DNA of 63,999 nt, filler included, from Sanchytrium tribonematis (taxonomy: Eukaryota): assembly GCA_018985235.1 (NCBI GenBank). It is 23 parts of 23 records of this genome, joined end to end, with 100 filler letters (N's around TTAATTAATTAA, not from the genome) between each part and the next. Parts side by side here need not be neighbours in the genome. Positions count along the whole stretch, not along the records: positions 2,963 to 19,741 come from JADGIG010000129.1; positions 19,842 to 21,217 come from JADGIG010001308.1; positions 21,318 to 22,692 come from JADGIG010001309.1; 20 more parts are not named here. One strand, given 5' to 3'. The notes beneath the pieces were generated by a model. That model made no database searches and was not told the origin of the DNA. It worked only from the letters and a program-made list of their open reading frames with translations. The position numbers and the translations under genes are program-made. Positions 10,231-21,753 of the stretch are shown in pieces (the stretch's first letter is position 1; the number at the start of each line of letters is the position of its first letter).

Positions 10231-11646
10231 TTAAATATCAGCTTTGATTCCATTTTCAAAAGTTCGTTTACCTAGGATATACAAAAGACTCTCTCTGTAG
10301 GTTTGTGGAACCACATACCTGATTTCAGTCGGCTGGTGGAATGGTCTGAATGTGAAATGAAAAATATTAGAGGTTTCCAGCTGATTTTTTATAATGATAT
10401 CGGCAACGACTTGAACTTGAAATGCATCCTTCCATTTTTCATCCAAAGTGTCTCTTTCAGAAGGTTGTGGTGAATATGACACTAAACTTCTCAATTTTAG
10501 AATTGAGCCAATTGGAACTGGTTTGCGGAAAACCACATCGTCCATTGCCATAAACTCAACATTATCTTGTCCTGTAAATATCATTGAAGTACAGTATGCC
10601 AGCTCGTAAGCTTTTCGAAGAAGATAACCTCCAAATATGAAATTGTGGATATTTCGATCTTGTGGTTGCATAATGGATATATTCTCTTGAGCAGTATCTG
10701 ACATGAGAATTAGACCGGGAGACTTTTCAAATTTTGTTTTTGTGGATAGCAATAATGAATTTGGCTGCGAAGTGGTGTGCAAAACTCCTTCTGAGAGCTG
10801 AGTTTTCAGGAATAAATTATGGACAGTTTTAAGCTCCACAGCAGATGGCGGTTGTTTTAATAAAGATTCTTGTACTTGCTGTTTTTTAAGATTTCGAGTT
10901 TCCGCTCCTCTATTAAAAACAATTTGTTCTTTAGTATTTTCAATCTTTAATGGGTGGACTTGCACCGCTTTTTGAGTATAGGCGTCTCTTGCAACCATAC
11001 AAAATTTTGCTGTCATCACAGGTATTTCCTCTTCAATATTGCTATTGAGAGATTTCACTTGTTCATTTTGCTTCCCAAAAAAAGTTCTTTTGAGCAGCTC
11101 TAATAATTCAGGTGATGCAGCAGAATGAATAGGCAACTGATTTTCAGCTAAATTCGATGTATTGCCCAGAACAGTCTCTAGCCCGTTTCTGTGTCCAGAT
11201 TTGTACCTTAATTGGGAACAAGTCATTGTTACTTCCATGGATGACTGACCCACAAATGTAACATTTCCATAAATTTTCATATCCATCTCGACAGTTGGCA
11301 TTCTAATCAAATCTATTCGGTCAACAGATGCCGTAACGATTGTAATTTGTGAGTCCTGATTTTTAAAAAGTGCGTGGTCATCCGCATGCTGATAACTAAT
11401 AGCACCAGCCAGCGCGTCCAAGTTTTCTAGAATTTTGGCAATTCTTATATTTCCGGCAAAGTTTATGTACAACTCTCTTGTCAATGGATCACTTTTAAAG
11501 AGCAAGAACTGTTCGATGTAAGAATCTTTCATAGTTTTTAGTTTTAAATCAAGCTTAGCAGGTTTGACTGGAGGAATTCTATTTACCTGGAATGGTTTAA
11601 TAGGTAGTACAGAATATCTGGAAAGTTTTGCTAGAGTCGGTATCAT
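10231..11646 (-). CDS. Acyl-CoA thioesterase (ACOT9-like double hotdog fold)
   Basis: ILENLDALAG, TIVTASVDRI, VGQSSMEV, PQDRNIHNFIFGGYLLRKAYELA. Confidence 0.9.
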   Translation of the reverse strand: MIPTLAKLSRYSVLPIKPFQVNRIPPVKPAKLDLKLKTMKDSYIEQFLLFKSDPLTRELYINFAGNIRIAKILENLDALAGAISYQHADDHALFKNQDSQITIVTASVDRIDLIRMPTVEMDMKIYGNVTFVGQSSMEVTMTCSQLRYKSGHRNGLETVLGNTSNLAENQLPIHSAASPELLELLKRTFFGKQNEQVKSLNSNIEEEIPVMTAKFCMVARDAYTQKAVQVHPLKIENTKEQIVFNRGAETRNLKKQQVQESLLKQPPSAVELKTVHNLFLKTQLSEGVLHTTSQPNSLLLSTKTKFEKSPGLILMSDTAQENISIMQPQDRNIHNFIFGGYLLRKAYELAYCTSMIFTGQDNVEFMAMDDVVFRKPVPIGSILKLRSLVSYSPQPSERDTLDEKWKDAFQVQVVADIIIKNQLETSNIFHFTFRPFHQPTEIRYVVPQTYRESLLYILGKRTFENGIKADI

Positions 11647-11854
11647 TCAACTTTTCAATCCTTGGTTTCGAAAAAACTCTTACAACATTGCGCTTTCAAC
11701 AGTAACATTATATATTCTTTCACTTAAATGTTCTGCGGATATCCAGTACCATAATCGAATATGAGTGATTTATTTCGATTCAGCCGGAATTCATTTCGCC
11801 AATCATTTGATTGGTCTTAATGGCAATATATTCAACTACAGTCTCCTTCAGTCA

Positions 11855-12835
11855 ATGTTTCTTTTGTTGTTAATTGCGTTCTGTGATTACTGCGTAGAGG
11901 GACAGAAAATGTGTTTCCAGATGACAACAGATGGAACCAATATAACCGTATTATGGAAAATAGCTAATAGTGTGGGCTACGCTGGTGTCGGCTTTGGAAC
12001 AAGCATGACAAATGCTGATATGGTGGTAGTCTGGAGGAACAGTAATAGAGTGATTTTGTCTCCTAGATATTCTACCGGAGAAAGTTTACCAGAATATGTG
12101 AAAACCAAAAGTTACGCCAGTCAGTATTCTTTAAACTCTGCAAATGATCCAAATTTCTGGTTTGTTAAATTTACAAGACCTCTTAAACCATCAGATGGGC
12201 TTATGACTCCATTAATAAGTGGCGAGAATCAAATAATTTGGGCTGCTGGGGATGCTCCGGATAGTGCTGATCCCTCTACCACTTTTGACCAACACTCATC
12301 ACAAGGGTCTTTTGTATTTAATGCCGCTACGGGCTCTTCGGGGGTGAGTTTAATTGTAACTTTGCATGGCTACGGATTACTAATATTTTGGTTAATTCTA
12401 ACTCCTATATCGATTATGTTGGCTAGATATTTTAAACATATTGGCCACAAATGGTTTATTGCTCATGTTGGAGTCCAAATATTGACTGTATTAGCCACTA
12501 TAGTTTTAGGCTTGTTGATGGAAAACAAATATAGTTGGGGATTCAAAACACTTCACGAAATAATTGGAATAGTCATCATTGTAATTGGAACCCTTCAATT
12601 AGTCAGCGGAGCAGTAATCCACTTCTCCTACGACCCTAGCAGATCAAGCATTCCAGCGAGGGACAGACTTCATGGAGTTGTGGGATTTTTACTGTGGTTT
12701 GCATCAATATATCAAATGGTTTCCGGTCTTAAAGGAAATGATTCCACTAGACTATACATATTTAGTGCTATAGCCGGAGTTATGTTTATGTCATTACTTG
12801 TGCTACAGGTAAGAAAGAGTAAAAGCTGGAAATAA
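11855..12835 (+). CDS. DOMON + cytochrome b561 membrane protein
   Basis: Signal peptide, GYAGVGFGTSMTNADMVVVW, FDQH, TM domain with His ligands (LHG, AHV, LHE, LHG). Confidence 0.88.
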   Translation: MFLLLLIAFCDYCVEGQKMCFQMTTDGTNITVLWKIANSVGYAGVGFGTSMTNADMVVVWRNSNRVILSPRYSTGESLPEYVKTKSYASQYSLNSANDPNFWFVKFTRPLKPSDGLMTPLISGENQIIWAAGDAPDSADPSTTFDQHSSQGSFVFNAATGSSGVSLIVTLHGYGLLIFWLILTPISIMLARYFKHIGHKWFIAHVGVQILTVLATIVLGLLMENKYSWGFKTLHEIIGIVIIVIGTLQLVSGAVIHFSYDPSRSSIPARDRLHGVVGFLLWFASIYQMVSGLKGNDSTRLYIFSAIAGVMFMSLLVLQVRKSKSWK

Positions 12836-12868
12836 CTAACAAAATAAAACTTGAAACTGCTCTCTATA

Positions 12869-13126
12869 ATGTCTGTATCTGACTTGTTGAATTCAATTTT
12901 AGATAAAGTGAATTTTGAGCAAGATATAATGGAACAAGTTCTATCTGAGTTTTCAAAGGAGCAATTGCCATACAAGCTTATTGTGCATTTGGTAAAAAAT
13001 GCAAATGGCAATGTTAAATCGCACTCACTGACTACATGGGATGCAGCCAATGATGTGGTTGTATGTAGACAACTTAAAAAAGAGTCAAATAACTATATTG
13101 TTACTTGTTATGCGACCCACATTTGA
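12869..13126 (+). CDS. Divergent dynein light chain, Tctex-1 family
   Basis: PYKLIVH, WDAAND, YIVTCYA C-terminus. Confidence 0.7.
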   Translation: MSVSDLLNSILDKVNFEQDIMEQVLSEFSKEQLPYKLIVHLVKNANGNVKSHSLTTWDAANDVVVCRQLKKESNNYIVTCYATHI

Positions 13127-13214
13127 AAAATAAAGAAGTCAAAAATTTGTTATCGCTTACAACTCTTGTTGGAGCCAGGAATCCCGCATATGTTGTAAGC
13201 GCTTTATTTCCTGT

Positions 13215-13886
13215 TTATGCTTTGTTTTCTCTCTTTCTTAATCTAGCTTGAGTCTTTAATCCAAGTTGGTGACCTCCAATGACTTTCTTTTCTTCAGCTG
13301 CACGTTTAGCAACAGTGGTTAGGTTTTGGAGCGCATTGGAATCTTCAGGTTTAACTTCAGTTAATGCAAGTACAGTGACAGTTTTTTGGTGAACCAGTTG
13401 TCCAAGTCGAGCTTTGCCCTTGACAATTAAATAAGGAACTCCCATTTTTTTACATAATGCAGGTAGCCAAACTACCAATTCAATTGGGTCGACATCATGA
13501 CTGATTAATACCAGTTTAGCTTTCTTTTGCTCCACTAGTGTGGTAACGTGCTTTATTCCAAACTTAATGACGACTGGTTTTGGTCCTTTCTCTCCACCTT
13601 TTGCGATTTTAAGTAAACGCTCTTTTTTTTCTTGCGTTGTTTCTGGTGAATATTTTTTAAATAATTCAATTGCTAATTTTGCAGTGTTGTGGTCAACAGC
13701 ATTGTTGAATTGATTCAATACAGCAGGAACCTTTAATCGCTTTTTCAAAATGGCCTTTTGACGCTGTCTTTTGATGTACAAAGGCCAGTTAACAAATCTA
13801 GTTAAATCTTTCTTAGGTTGTACTGCTTGTCCAACACCAAAACTTTTGGGTGCTGCTTGAACTCTAGGATCTGTGGATTTTGCCAT
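13215..13886 (-). CDS. RPL8: 60S ribosomal protein eL8 (L7a), intronless
   Basis: DLTRFVNWPLYIKRQRQK, HDVDPIELVVWLPALCKKMGVPY. Confidence 0.97.
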   Translation of the reverse strand: MAKSTDPRVQAAPKSFGVGQAVQPKKDLTRFVNWPLYIKRQRQKAILKKRLKVPAVLNQFNNAVDHNTAKLAIELFKKYSPETTQEKKERLLKIAKGGEKGPKPVVIKFGIKHVTTLVEQKKAKLVLISHDVDPIELVVWLPALCKKMGVPYLIVKGKARLGQLVHQKTVTVLALTEVKPEDSNALQNLTTVAKRAAEEKKVIGGHQLGLKTQARLRKRENKA

Positions 13887-13988
13887 TTACAGACCTTTTG
13901 AATATTTCTTCAGTATCCAATTACGCACGTGTTATAGCCAATCAACTTTTTTGATTGAAACTCGGAAAATGGATACCTCCATTTAGTT

Positions 13989-14897
13989 ATGAAACGACAA
14001 TTGCGACAACGGAAGGAATATTTATTTAAGCTGGCTCAAAAGAAAGATAAAAAGCTGCTATTAGATGAAGCCTTGGAAAAAAGAAGCGGCGCTAACAAAA
14101 AGATTCGTACCACAGATTTAATATACGATGTCGATTTAGAAATGCAAGATGACGAGTATGCATATCTGGAGCCTAATTCTATCCTTTTGACAACAAGTCG
14201 CTCTCCCTCGTCCACTTTACTACAATTTGTGAAAGAATTATCAATAATCTTCCCCAAAGCAAACAGAGTAAATCGCGGAAATTCCACGGTAGAAGAAATA
14301 ATGCAGGTTGCTAAACAAAAGCAGATAACAGATGTTATAATTATTCACGAAACGAGAGGTGTTCCGGATACTATGACTGTTTCTCACTTGCCTAATGGTC
14401 CAACCTTAAGGTGTTCCATACACAATGTCGTAAGTCGACATCAGGTCCAACAGGAAGCGAGGCGTAATAATTCCCAGGATAGTCAAGAGATGGAATATGT
14501 TATGAAGAATGTTCCCCAGAGTGATCCTTTCGTTATTTCTAATAATTTTAAATCCAAAGTAGGTGGTAGAGTTTCGACTATTTTGAAAGCAATTTTTCCA
14601 GAGGCTCCAAATAATACTACTTTCGGGGCCAAGGACCGTAGAATCATCACCATTTCGAATGAGCAGGACCTCGTTTTATTTCGTCACCATGTTGTAAAGA
14701 AACGACAATTTTGGAAAGAAGAAAATAATGACCTTAATGAGTCCAAAGACGCGCTAATGGTCATTGAAGTTGGTCCTCGATTTGATTTAAAGCCTTTTGA
14801 GATTAGAAGGGGAACTATTGATTTATGGAGAGTGAGCGACATTGAATGGGTATTTAGACCTTATCAGCGTACCGCATTTAAGAGATCAATTTTGTAG
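13989..14897 (+). CDS. IMP4: U3 snoRNP Brix-domain protein Imp4
   Basis: RQRKEYLF, TTSRSPS, RVNRG, HETRGVPD, HLPNGPT, EVGPRF, EWVFRPY. Confidence 0.9.
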   Translation: MKRQLRQRKEYLFKLAQKKDKKLLLDEALEKRSGANKKIRTTDLIYDVDLEMQDDEYAYLEPNSILLTTSRSPSSTLLQFVKELSIIFPKANRVNRGNSTVEEIMQVAKQKQITDVIIIHETRGVPDTMTVSHLPNGPTLRCSIHNVVSRHQVQQEARRNNSQDSQEMEYVMKNVPQSDPFVISNNFKSKVGGRVSTILKAIFPEAPNNTTFGAKDRRIITISNEQDLVLFRHHVVKKRQFWKEENNDLNESKDALMVIEVGPRFDLKPFEIRRGTIDLWRVSDIEWVFRPYQRTAFKRSIL

Positions 14898-14904
14898 TAA
14901 ATAT

Positions 14905-15276
14905 TTATTTCATGTTTTTTAAACAACTGGGACATATTTCTTTCCTAGCACTAATCTCTGATTTCCTGGGCACGTACATACAATGTTTACAAAATGTTTT
15001 AAGTCTATAAAGGCGAATTCCACACCCATTACATAAAAAATTGATAGAATCTGGACTTCTGCGCCATAAAATTGAGTCAGTGGTGGAACAAGATATACAT
15101 TTGTGGTTTTGATCTACTTTGGAATCTACTTTAATAATTTTCTTGGAAGCCATTTCTTTTTTCTTGACTGGTACATCAAAATTGGGTGGGACATAGTGTA
15201 TAATTACAGGATCAATGGAAAAAATAATGCCATCTTTAGAATTTTGACTTTTTTTCGCAAATGGCTTAAATCTCAT
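14905..15276 (-). CDS. GATA-type (Ash1-like) zinc-finger protein
   Basis: CISC..TDS.LWRR...LCNGCG followed by CKHC.YVP.K.E...CPSC. Confidence 0.8.
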   Translation of the reverse strand: MRFKPFAKKSQNSKDGIIFSIDPVIIHYVPPNFDVPVKKKEMASKKIIKVDSKVDQNHKCISCSTTDSILWRRSPDSINFLCNGCGIRLYRLKTFCKHCMYVPRKSEISARKEICPSCLKNMK

Positions 15277-15315
15277 ATTTATGGCCTATTTTAAATTTTT
15301 AATTAAGGATCTATT

Positions 15316-16902
15316 TTATTTGATGCAATTTCTTAAATAGTAATTCAGTCTTTCCATAGATTCTATAAATCTATCAGGAGTAGGCTTCATATATCCTAGA
15401 TGCTGAGGTTCTAAAACTCCATGGTGTGGAATTTGAGATGCTGGTCCAGTATAAGGTTGATGACTCCAATTAATAAAATCAGCTGACCCTTCTGTGAACT
15501 TGAGAATGGAATCACACATATAATTTCGTTTAGTTAGAACTGGAGCAGGTGGAATGGTGATGCCGTTGGGATTTGGATTTGGTGTGCTTGTTGATAAATT
15601 TTGAGCTGAATTTTGAACTTGTACTATTTGTTGTTGTTGTTGTTGTTGTTGTTGTTGCTGAAGCTGTGGTTGTTGTTGTGGTGGTTGCTGGAGCTGGGAC
15701 TGTGGTTGTTGCTGCTGTTGCTGCTGAGGCTGTGGTTGTAAATTAGGTTGAATTTGATTCATATTTTGTTGACTTGCCTTTTGACCAACTTGATTTTGAA
15801 CAACTGCGATGGTTCCTTTGCTAAAAATTGGATTTTGGACTTTTAGAGTAGTATAGTAAGGTTTGACAAGAATTGAAGATGCAGGAGAGATAATGTTAAA
15901 ATTGACAGGATAGGGTGGCTTTTGCACCGTTTTCAAAGATGGCAACCATGGCTGAGAATAGACATAGCAAAGATTTTTCGTGTCCATCACATCAATAACT
16001 CTGTACTCGGAAAAGGGCTGAACTCTATCCAAAATGTTCACTTCTCTGCCTTGTCCACTATTCCAAGCGACCCCATCAAACCTTTTACCATCATATCTAT
16101 ACAAATTACCAATCGCAGCTTTTTGGTATTCACTCCATACCTTATCAATTGTTGGGTGAATTACAAAGAATATCGGATCGTTAGGACTAAAATCTAATTG
16201 ACCCATATCCCCGACAGCATTGGCTTGAGCACCTCCAATTATAATATGCGGCATAGTATGAATAGACCACTCTAAGTAATATCTAAATTCGTTGTATTTT
16301 TGGCTTTTTTTCCCCCACGTCTTGACAAAATTAATCATTTTAGGCATTGTATAATCCCCCCTTTTTAGATAGTATGAAATTTTACCATTTTCATATTTTC
16401 TGCGCAAGCATCTCTTTCCTTGTGCTGAATAAGTCACCTTGAAGTCTTTAAACGGTCCATCTGGTACACAATACTTTGAATTCGGTGTCCCAAATCCTCC
16501 AAAATCTTTCCAAATTACTGATCCAGGAATGTTACTCCCATCCCTTAAATAATTCCAATATGGCAAAACAATTGTTATGTTTTTATAGGGACTCTGCTTG
16601 GGAGCGATTCTCAAATAATTCTGGTAAACAGTATTTAGGGATTCTTCGAATTTTATCAAAAACACTCGGTGATATGGAAGGAATTGGGGATTCTTATGAA
16701 AATTTCTAGTGTGAGTGTAATGAATATAAGTAAATTCGTCATAGACTGAGACTTTCGGGTTCCTAGTTGAATTTGTTACCTTCAAAAGTTGGATAGACTT
16801 TATAAACGCCTGCTTTTCCACCGGTTGAAGCTCTCTCCATTCTTTCCGTACGTTAATTTTGCTGCAATACCCAAATATGAGAGATAATATGATTAACCTC
16901 AT
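15316..16902 (-). CDS. Secreted tyrosinase (di-copper) with polyQ linker
   Basis: VRKEWREL, HYTH..FH...FLPYHR, PYWNY, H..PH..IGG, SPNDPIFFVIH. Confidence 0.9.
   Translation of the reverse strand: MRLIILSLIFGYCSKINVRKEWRELQPVEKQAFIKSIQLLKVTNSTRNPKVSVYDEFTYIHYTHTRNFHKNPQFLPYHRVFLIKFEESLNTVYQNYLRIAPKQSPYKNITIVLPYWNYLRDGSNIPGSVIWKDFGGFGTPNSKYCVPDGPFKDFKVTYSAQGKRCLRRKYENGKISYYLKRGDYTMPKMINFVKTWGKKSQKYNEFRYYLEWSIHTMPHIIIGGAQANAVGDMGQLDFSPNDPIFFVIHPTIDKVWSEYQKAAIGNLYRYDGKRFDGVAWNSGQGREVNILDRVQPFSEYRVIDVMDTKNLCYVYSQPWLPSLKTVQKPPYPVNFNIISPASSILVKPYYTTLKVQNPIFSKGTIAVVQNQVGQKASQQNMNQIQPNLQPQPQQQQQQQPQSQLQQPPQQQPQLQQQQQQQQQQQIVQVQNSAQNLSTSTPNPNPNGITIPPAPVLTKRNYMCDSILKFTEGSADFINWSHQPYTGPASQIPHHGVLEPQHLGYMKPTPDRFIESMERLNYYLRNCIK
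15627..15740 (-). repeat. Coding CAA/CAG microsatellite (polyQ/QP)
   Basis: (TTG)n and (CTG)n runs on the + strand. Confidence 0.9.
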
Positions 16903-17114
16903 TCTATTGTAGGAAGCGATTGTTGCTTTTTGACTCCTTTAAAAATAAAGCTGATTGGCTCGCAGATTTTTTGAGACCGAAATTCCTTAGAAGTCCTAGT
17001 ACAAGTCTTCCAAATAGCCAACTGGTTCGGAATGTTTCCTAACGAGAAGATATTCTTTTAAGCAGCCATTAAATTTCCCATGTTGACGGAGTCGGGGAAA
17101 TCTGTAACGTGAAG

Positions 17115-18225
17115 ATGGCTTCTCTTCAATCAAATTTTCCGATCAGTTGCTATCCAGTGAGCGCACCAGCAGAATTTCAATTTGATTTTACTGAGGAAAA
17201 TGCTCATTCGGACAATGTTCATGCGATGCTATTTGATTATAATGACCTTAATAGAATCGGTTTAGATGGCTATTTGATCTGTTCCATTGATGCTTTAAAT
17301 CAAGATTTATGTACAAAAGATCAGTTAGGATCATTTATTGCTGGAAATACGAACAGTATACCTTTAAAAGGCGGTAAACAAACTATCCCTATTTCAAAAT
17401 CAGGTTATTGGTGTATGGTTCATGATGCCACACAGACACCAAAGATTAATATTGTAAATCAGCAATTGCAATTGCCTGCTCCTTATTTGCCTCTACTTAA
17501 TTTTTATTATTATATGACTATTGTTTACATGGTACTCGGGGTTTATTACATGGTCAATTCCATTAAACACTTAGGATCTACGACAAAGTTAAATTATTAC
17601 ATACTTGGAATGATTTGGATGAGCATGTTGGAAATGGCACTCGGCTACGGCTATTACATGTATTGGGGAAGTTATGGTTCTACTTCGCCCTTATTATTAT
17701 TTTTATTTGCCGCTTTGACATCCGGTAGAAATTCAGTCTTGCTACTTACATTCCACTCCACCTGCAAACAAGCCTTAAAAAGATACAAGTTATACTTAAC
17801 TTTATATGGGCTTTCGTCATTTATTTATTTTCTGCATGTATTGAATCCACAGCAAGAGCATGTTCTCTTCTTTGTGGCACTTCCGTTAGCATTGTTGAGC
17901 ACTATCTTTGTAAATCACATATTGGCACATGCTCAGCCGCAACTTATGCAATTATTTTCGATTACAGGTAATTTATTTTAATATAGGGGTCGGATTTGTT
18001 GTATTGGCATTATTGCACTTGTTATTTATTTATCACAAACAAGACAGACAGTTTTATGTTGCTACTTGGCCTTATCGATGGTTAGTTTTAGACGCTTTGC
18101 CTCAGCTTTTAGTTTGCGGTTTAGTTGTTGGATTGGTCGTTCTGTTTAAAGTTGACGGTACTAAGAAGAAGGGATACGAACTAGTCGAGGAACTTAAAAA
18201 TAGCGAAGAAGGCAAAAATGATTAA
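17115..18225 (+). CDS. PTM1/TMEM87/GPR107-like multi-TM protein; 19-nt intron 17968-17986 (5' end uncertain)
   Basis: Lumenal domain YLIC...LC...LGSFI, SGYWC, LPA.Y.PLL.FY and several TMs; removing GTAATTTATTTTAATATAG gives ITGVGF. Confidence 0.8.
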
Positions 18226-18258
18226 TAAATTTAGGCTCTACAAATTATTTTTTGTTAC

Positions 18259-19618
18259 ATGACAAGGTATATAATTGTTCTGGTTGGATTGCCTGCTAGA
18301 GGCAAGACATTTATAAGTCAAAAAATTTGCAAGTATATGAATTGGCTTGGTTTGCGATGTAATGTCTTCAATGTTGGGACGTATCGAAGAAAACTAGTTG
18401 GTTCAAACATCAATCATCAGTTTTTTGACGCAAGCAACTCAGAAGCAGCACAGCTGCGCCAAGTTGCTGCAAATGAAGCCATGGCTGACTTACTAAGCTG
18501 GATTACAGCTGAAAACCATGGCATTGCAATATATGATGCTACAAATACAACTCGCGATCGACGACAATGGATTCTTGATCAAGCTGCCGGAAAATGCGAA
18601 GTTTTATTTCTGGAGAGTGTTTGCACCGACGAAAACATTATTATGCATAATATTTTGGAGGTTAAGGTTAGTGGTCCTGATTATCTATCAAAAATGACTG
18701 CGGAAGAAGCTGCAGCAGATTTTAAATTGAGAATGGAACACTATGAAAAAGTTTATCAACCGCTTACTAGAGTAGAAGACGGGCATGTGAGTTTTATTAA
18801 ATTAATTAATGTTGCGAATAAGATTATTTTGAATTTAGTGACTGGTTGGGTGCCATCCAGGATCGTTTACTACTTGATGAATTTGCATATTACTCCTCGG
18901 AAGATATTTTTGTCACGGCATGGTGAATCAGAATATAATGTTTTGGGTAAAATTGGGGGCGATTCTAACTTAAGTCAACGTGGTAGAAAATATAGAGAGT
19001 TGTTACCCGGTTTGTTAGATTCATTTCTGGGTGAAGAAAGCGTTAAAGTATGGACTTCTACTCTAAAAAGAACTATAGAGACGTCTGGCAATTTAAAATT
19101 TTCAAAGAAGCAATACAAAGCGCTGGATGAGATTGATGCTGGTATCTGCGACGGACTAACTTATGAAGAAATTAACGAAAAATACCCAGAAGAATTTGAA
19201 TATCGGAATCTCGACAAATTTAGATACAGGTAAATAAAAATAACATAGATATCAAGGTGGTGAGAGCTACTTGGATTTAGTACATCGACTAGAGCCAGTC
19301 ATAATGGAGATAGAAAGGGAAGGTAATATACTGATAATTGGCCATCAGGCTACCTTGAGAACTATATATGCATATTTCCATAACTACAAACAATCTGATA
19401 TCCCATATATCGATATTCCACTACATACGCTAATAGCCTTGACTCCTAAAGCGTATGGTTGTGCAGAGGAAAGACTCTCTGCGGACATTAAAGCTGTCAA
19501 TACTTATAGGGCGAGACAGACATCATTAGAATCAACAGTGGAAAGAAGGCCATCTAGGACAGGCAGGGTCGCAATCAACGAATTGACAGAAACCTCAAGA
19601 ATACAATCTAGGGAATAA
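18259..19618 (+). CDS. 6-phosphofructo-2-kinase/fructose-2,6-bisphosphatase; 19-nt intron 19230-19248
   Basis: VGLPARGKT, YDATNTT, SRHGES, LDEIDAG; splicing restores the conserved KFRYRYQGGESY.DL. Confidence 0.95.
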
Positions 19619-19690
19619 ATTTAAAATCATTTGATTGGCTCAAAACACGTGTTTCGCAAAAGTCTGTAAATATTTTCTGCTATCTCACTA

Positions 19691-19741
19691 ATGCCTAAGC
19701 AAGTAACCGATATCACTGAGTTCCTTAAGATCGCTGGAGGT
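19691..19741 (+). CDS. RPL38: 60S ribosomal protein eL38, 5' fragment (not in ORF track)
   Basis: MPKQVTDITEFLKIA, preceded by the same promoter module as RPL1 and RPL8. Confidence 0.8.
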
Positions 19742-19841
19742 NNNNNNNNNNNNNNNNNNNNNNNNNNNNNNNNNNNNNNNNNNNNTTAATTAATTAANNN
19801 NNNNNNNNNNNNNNNNNNNNNNNNNNNNNNNNNNNNNNNNN

Positions 19842-21217
19842 AAACTCCGGACTTAAAGAGACAATAATTTTAATATAAGTCCCTGGTAAAATTCCTTTAG
19901 TGTTTTGAATATCTTCAGGATTCAATTTTTCAACTTGTGACATATCCTGATCAAATTGCTCTTGCAGCTTTTGTTTCTCTTTTTCAAAAAAAGTTCCCTC
20001 TTCTTCCTTATCTTTTTGTTGCTGCTCAAATGATTGCAATAATGTTGTTTTCTTGACAACATCAGAAGCATCCACCTCGTCATTACTTTCATGTTCACTG
20101 CTCACATCTTCAAAACCATCTGAAAAATCTTCTTCGTCGCTTTGCAATATATTTTCCACATCTTTGTTCATTCCAGTGACAAATAATTGGCCTACATCTT
20201 CTTCACTATCCGAATCATATTCAAAGACATCCTCGTCACTAGAAACATGATGTTGCTGTAACAATTCATCATTGTCGTCCCCAAACAGCTCAATTTTCGG
20301 TGCAATATCTTTTGATTCAAATGAAGCTTTACTCGCTTCATCGATTTCACTGACATTATCCTCCAGCAAACTATCATGACTCTTTTGACTTTCTCTGCTT
20401 GATTCGGAATCACTTTCTACATTTTCTTGCCCTAGAATCATGTTCATTTCCCCATATTCCTCAAATGTCGTCTTTTTCAAATCTTCCTTTAAAGGATTTT
20501 CCTTGGTAGCTGGCATATGAATGTATATTGCGTCTTTGTCATATTGAATCCCATTTAAATCGCATTGAGGTGCGTATATTGATTTATGCATGTTATTCAA
20601 TCTTTGCTGCTGTGCCATCAATTTACATGGATCCGGACATTTAGAAATTTCTTTCATTTGGAAATCGCCAACTCCGACAAGATGAATGGATGTGTCGGTG
20701 AATGGAAGACCTCTAGTGTATCCATATAATGCGACTTGCCTATCAGCGTTCGGATCAGCTTCGATTTCAGTGGGTGGAGTCACATCCTCCATTCTATCGA
20801 CCAACAAATAGGAGTGGGTAGTTCTATACTGTAATGGTCTTACTTTTTGTGTATTAATGAATCTAGTTAGATTTAGTAAATCTCTTTTTAAATAATCGTT
20901 GTATTTTACTCCACTCATAAAAAACACTTTCAATCCTCCGTAAAGCTCTTTCCACAGCCGATCTTTGATGAGCTTCTTAATGTTTCTTTGCTGTTTGTTT
21001 TCTTTGTAATGGTCTAAATGAGTCAAGACCGAGATAATTTTCGGACAACCATGCGCCTGCAAACAATGTATATATTCCATAGTGTTCATCGTTAATCCAT
21101 CTTTTGCATTTATCATCAATATGACAATGTCTGCAATTTTGCTGGTATCAATACAAGATTCAATCGTGTTTTCTACCTGAAGTAATGTAATTCTTCTAGT
21201 TTTATTACATGCCAGGG
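19842..21217 (-). CDS. BMS1: Ribosome biogenesis GTPase Bms1 (internal fragment)
   Basis: RRIT.., KIADIV, HGCPKIISVLTHLD, HSYLLVDRMED, LYGYTRG, IYAP, GTYIKI. Confidence 0.92.
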
Positions 21218-21317
21218 NNNNNNNNNNNNNNNNNNNNNNNNNNNNNNNNNNNNNNNNNNNNTTAATTAATTAANNNNNNNNNNNNNNNNNNNNNNNNNNN
21301 NNNNNNNNNNNNNNNNN

Positions 21318-21695
21318 AGCAACAATTCTCCACCTACTTCCAATCCTCCTGCTCAACAAAATCTCATTCAACCATCATCAAATCAACCAGTCTTATCAGA
21401 AACACAACAAACACAACAAACACCTGCTATTCCTCCAAATGCACCAATTTTAAGTGAGAAACCAAAAGGAAATGTGAATGTTCAAACACCGTCACAAGCC
21501 ATTCAAAACAAAGATCCATCAAAAACTGTGGAGTATTTTGTAAGTTATGCATTGACACAGACTGTCGTGGATGATAAAACTACTTCAGTGTATAAAACAC
21601 AAACATTTGCAGCCATTAGACCCATAAATCAAAAAGCAGATGGATTTCAATTACAGCCTAGTTTGTTGTTATTACTGCTATTGTTTTTGAAATAA
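21318..21695 (+). CDS. C-terminal part of a P/Q/S/T-rich protein with hydrophobic (GPI-like) tail
   Basis: Low-complexity stalk ending PSLLLLLLLFLK. Confidence 0.55.
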   Translation, partial: SNNSPPTSNPPAQQNLIQPSSNQPVLSETQQTQQTPAIPPNAPILSEKPKGNVNVQTPSQAIQNKDPSKTVEYFVSYALTQTVVDDKTTSVYKTQTFAAIRPINQKADGFQLQPSLLLLLLLFLK

Positions 21696-21753
21696 ATTGA
21701 TTTTATTTGACTGATTTTGGATCATTTTCGATTCCGAATCGAGCCACCTTTAA

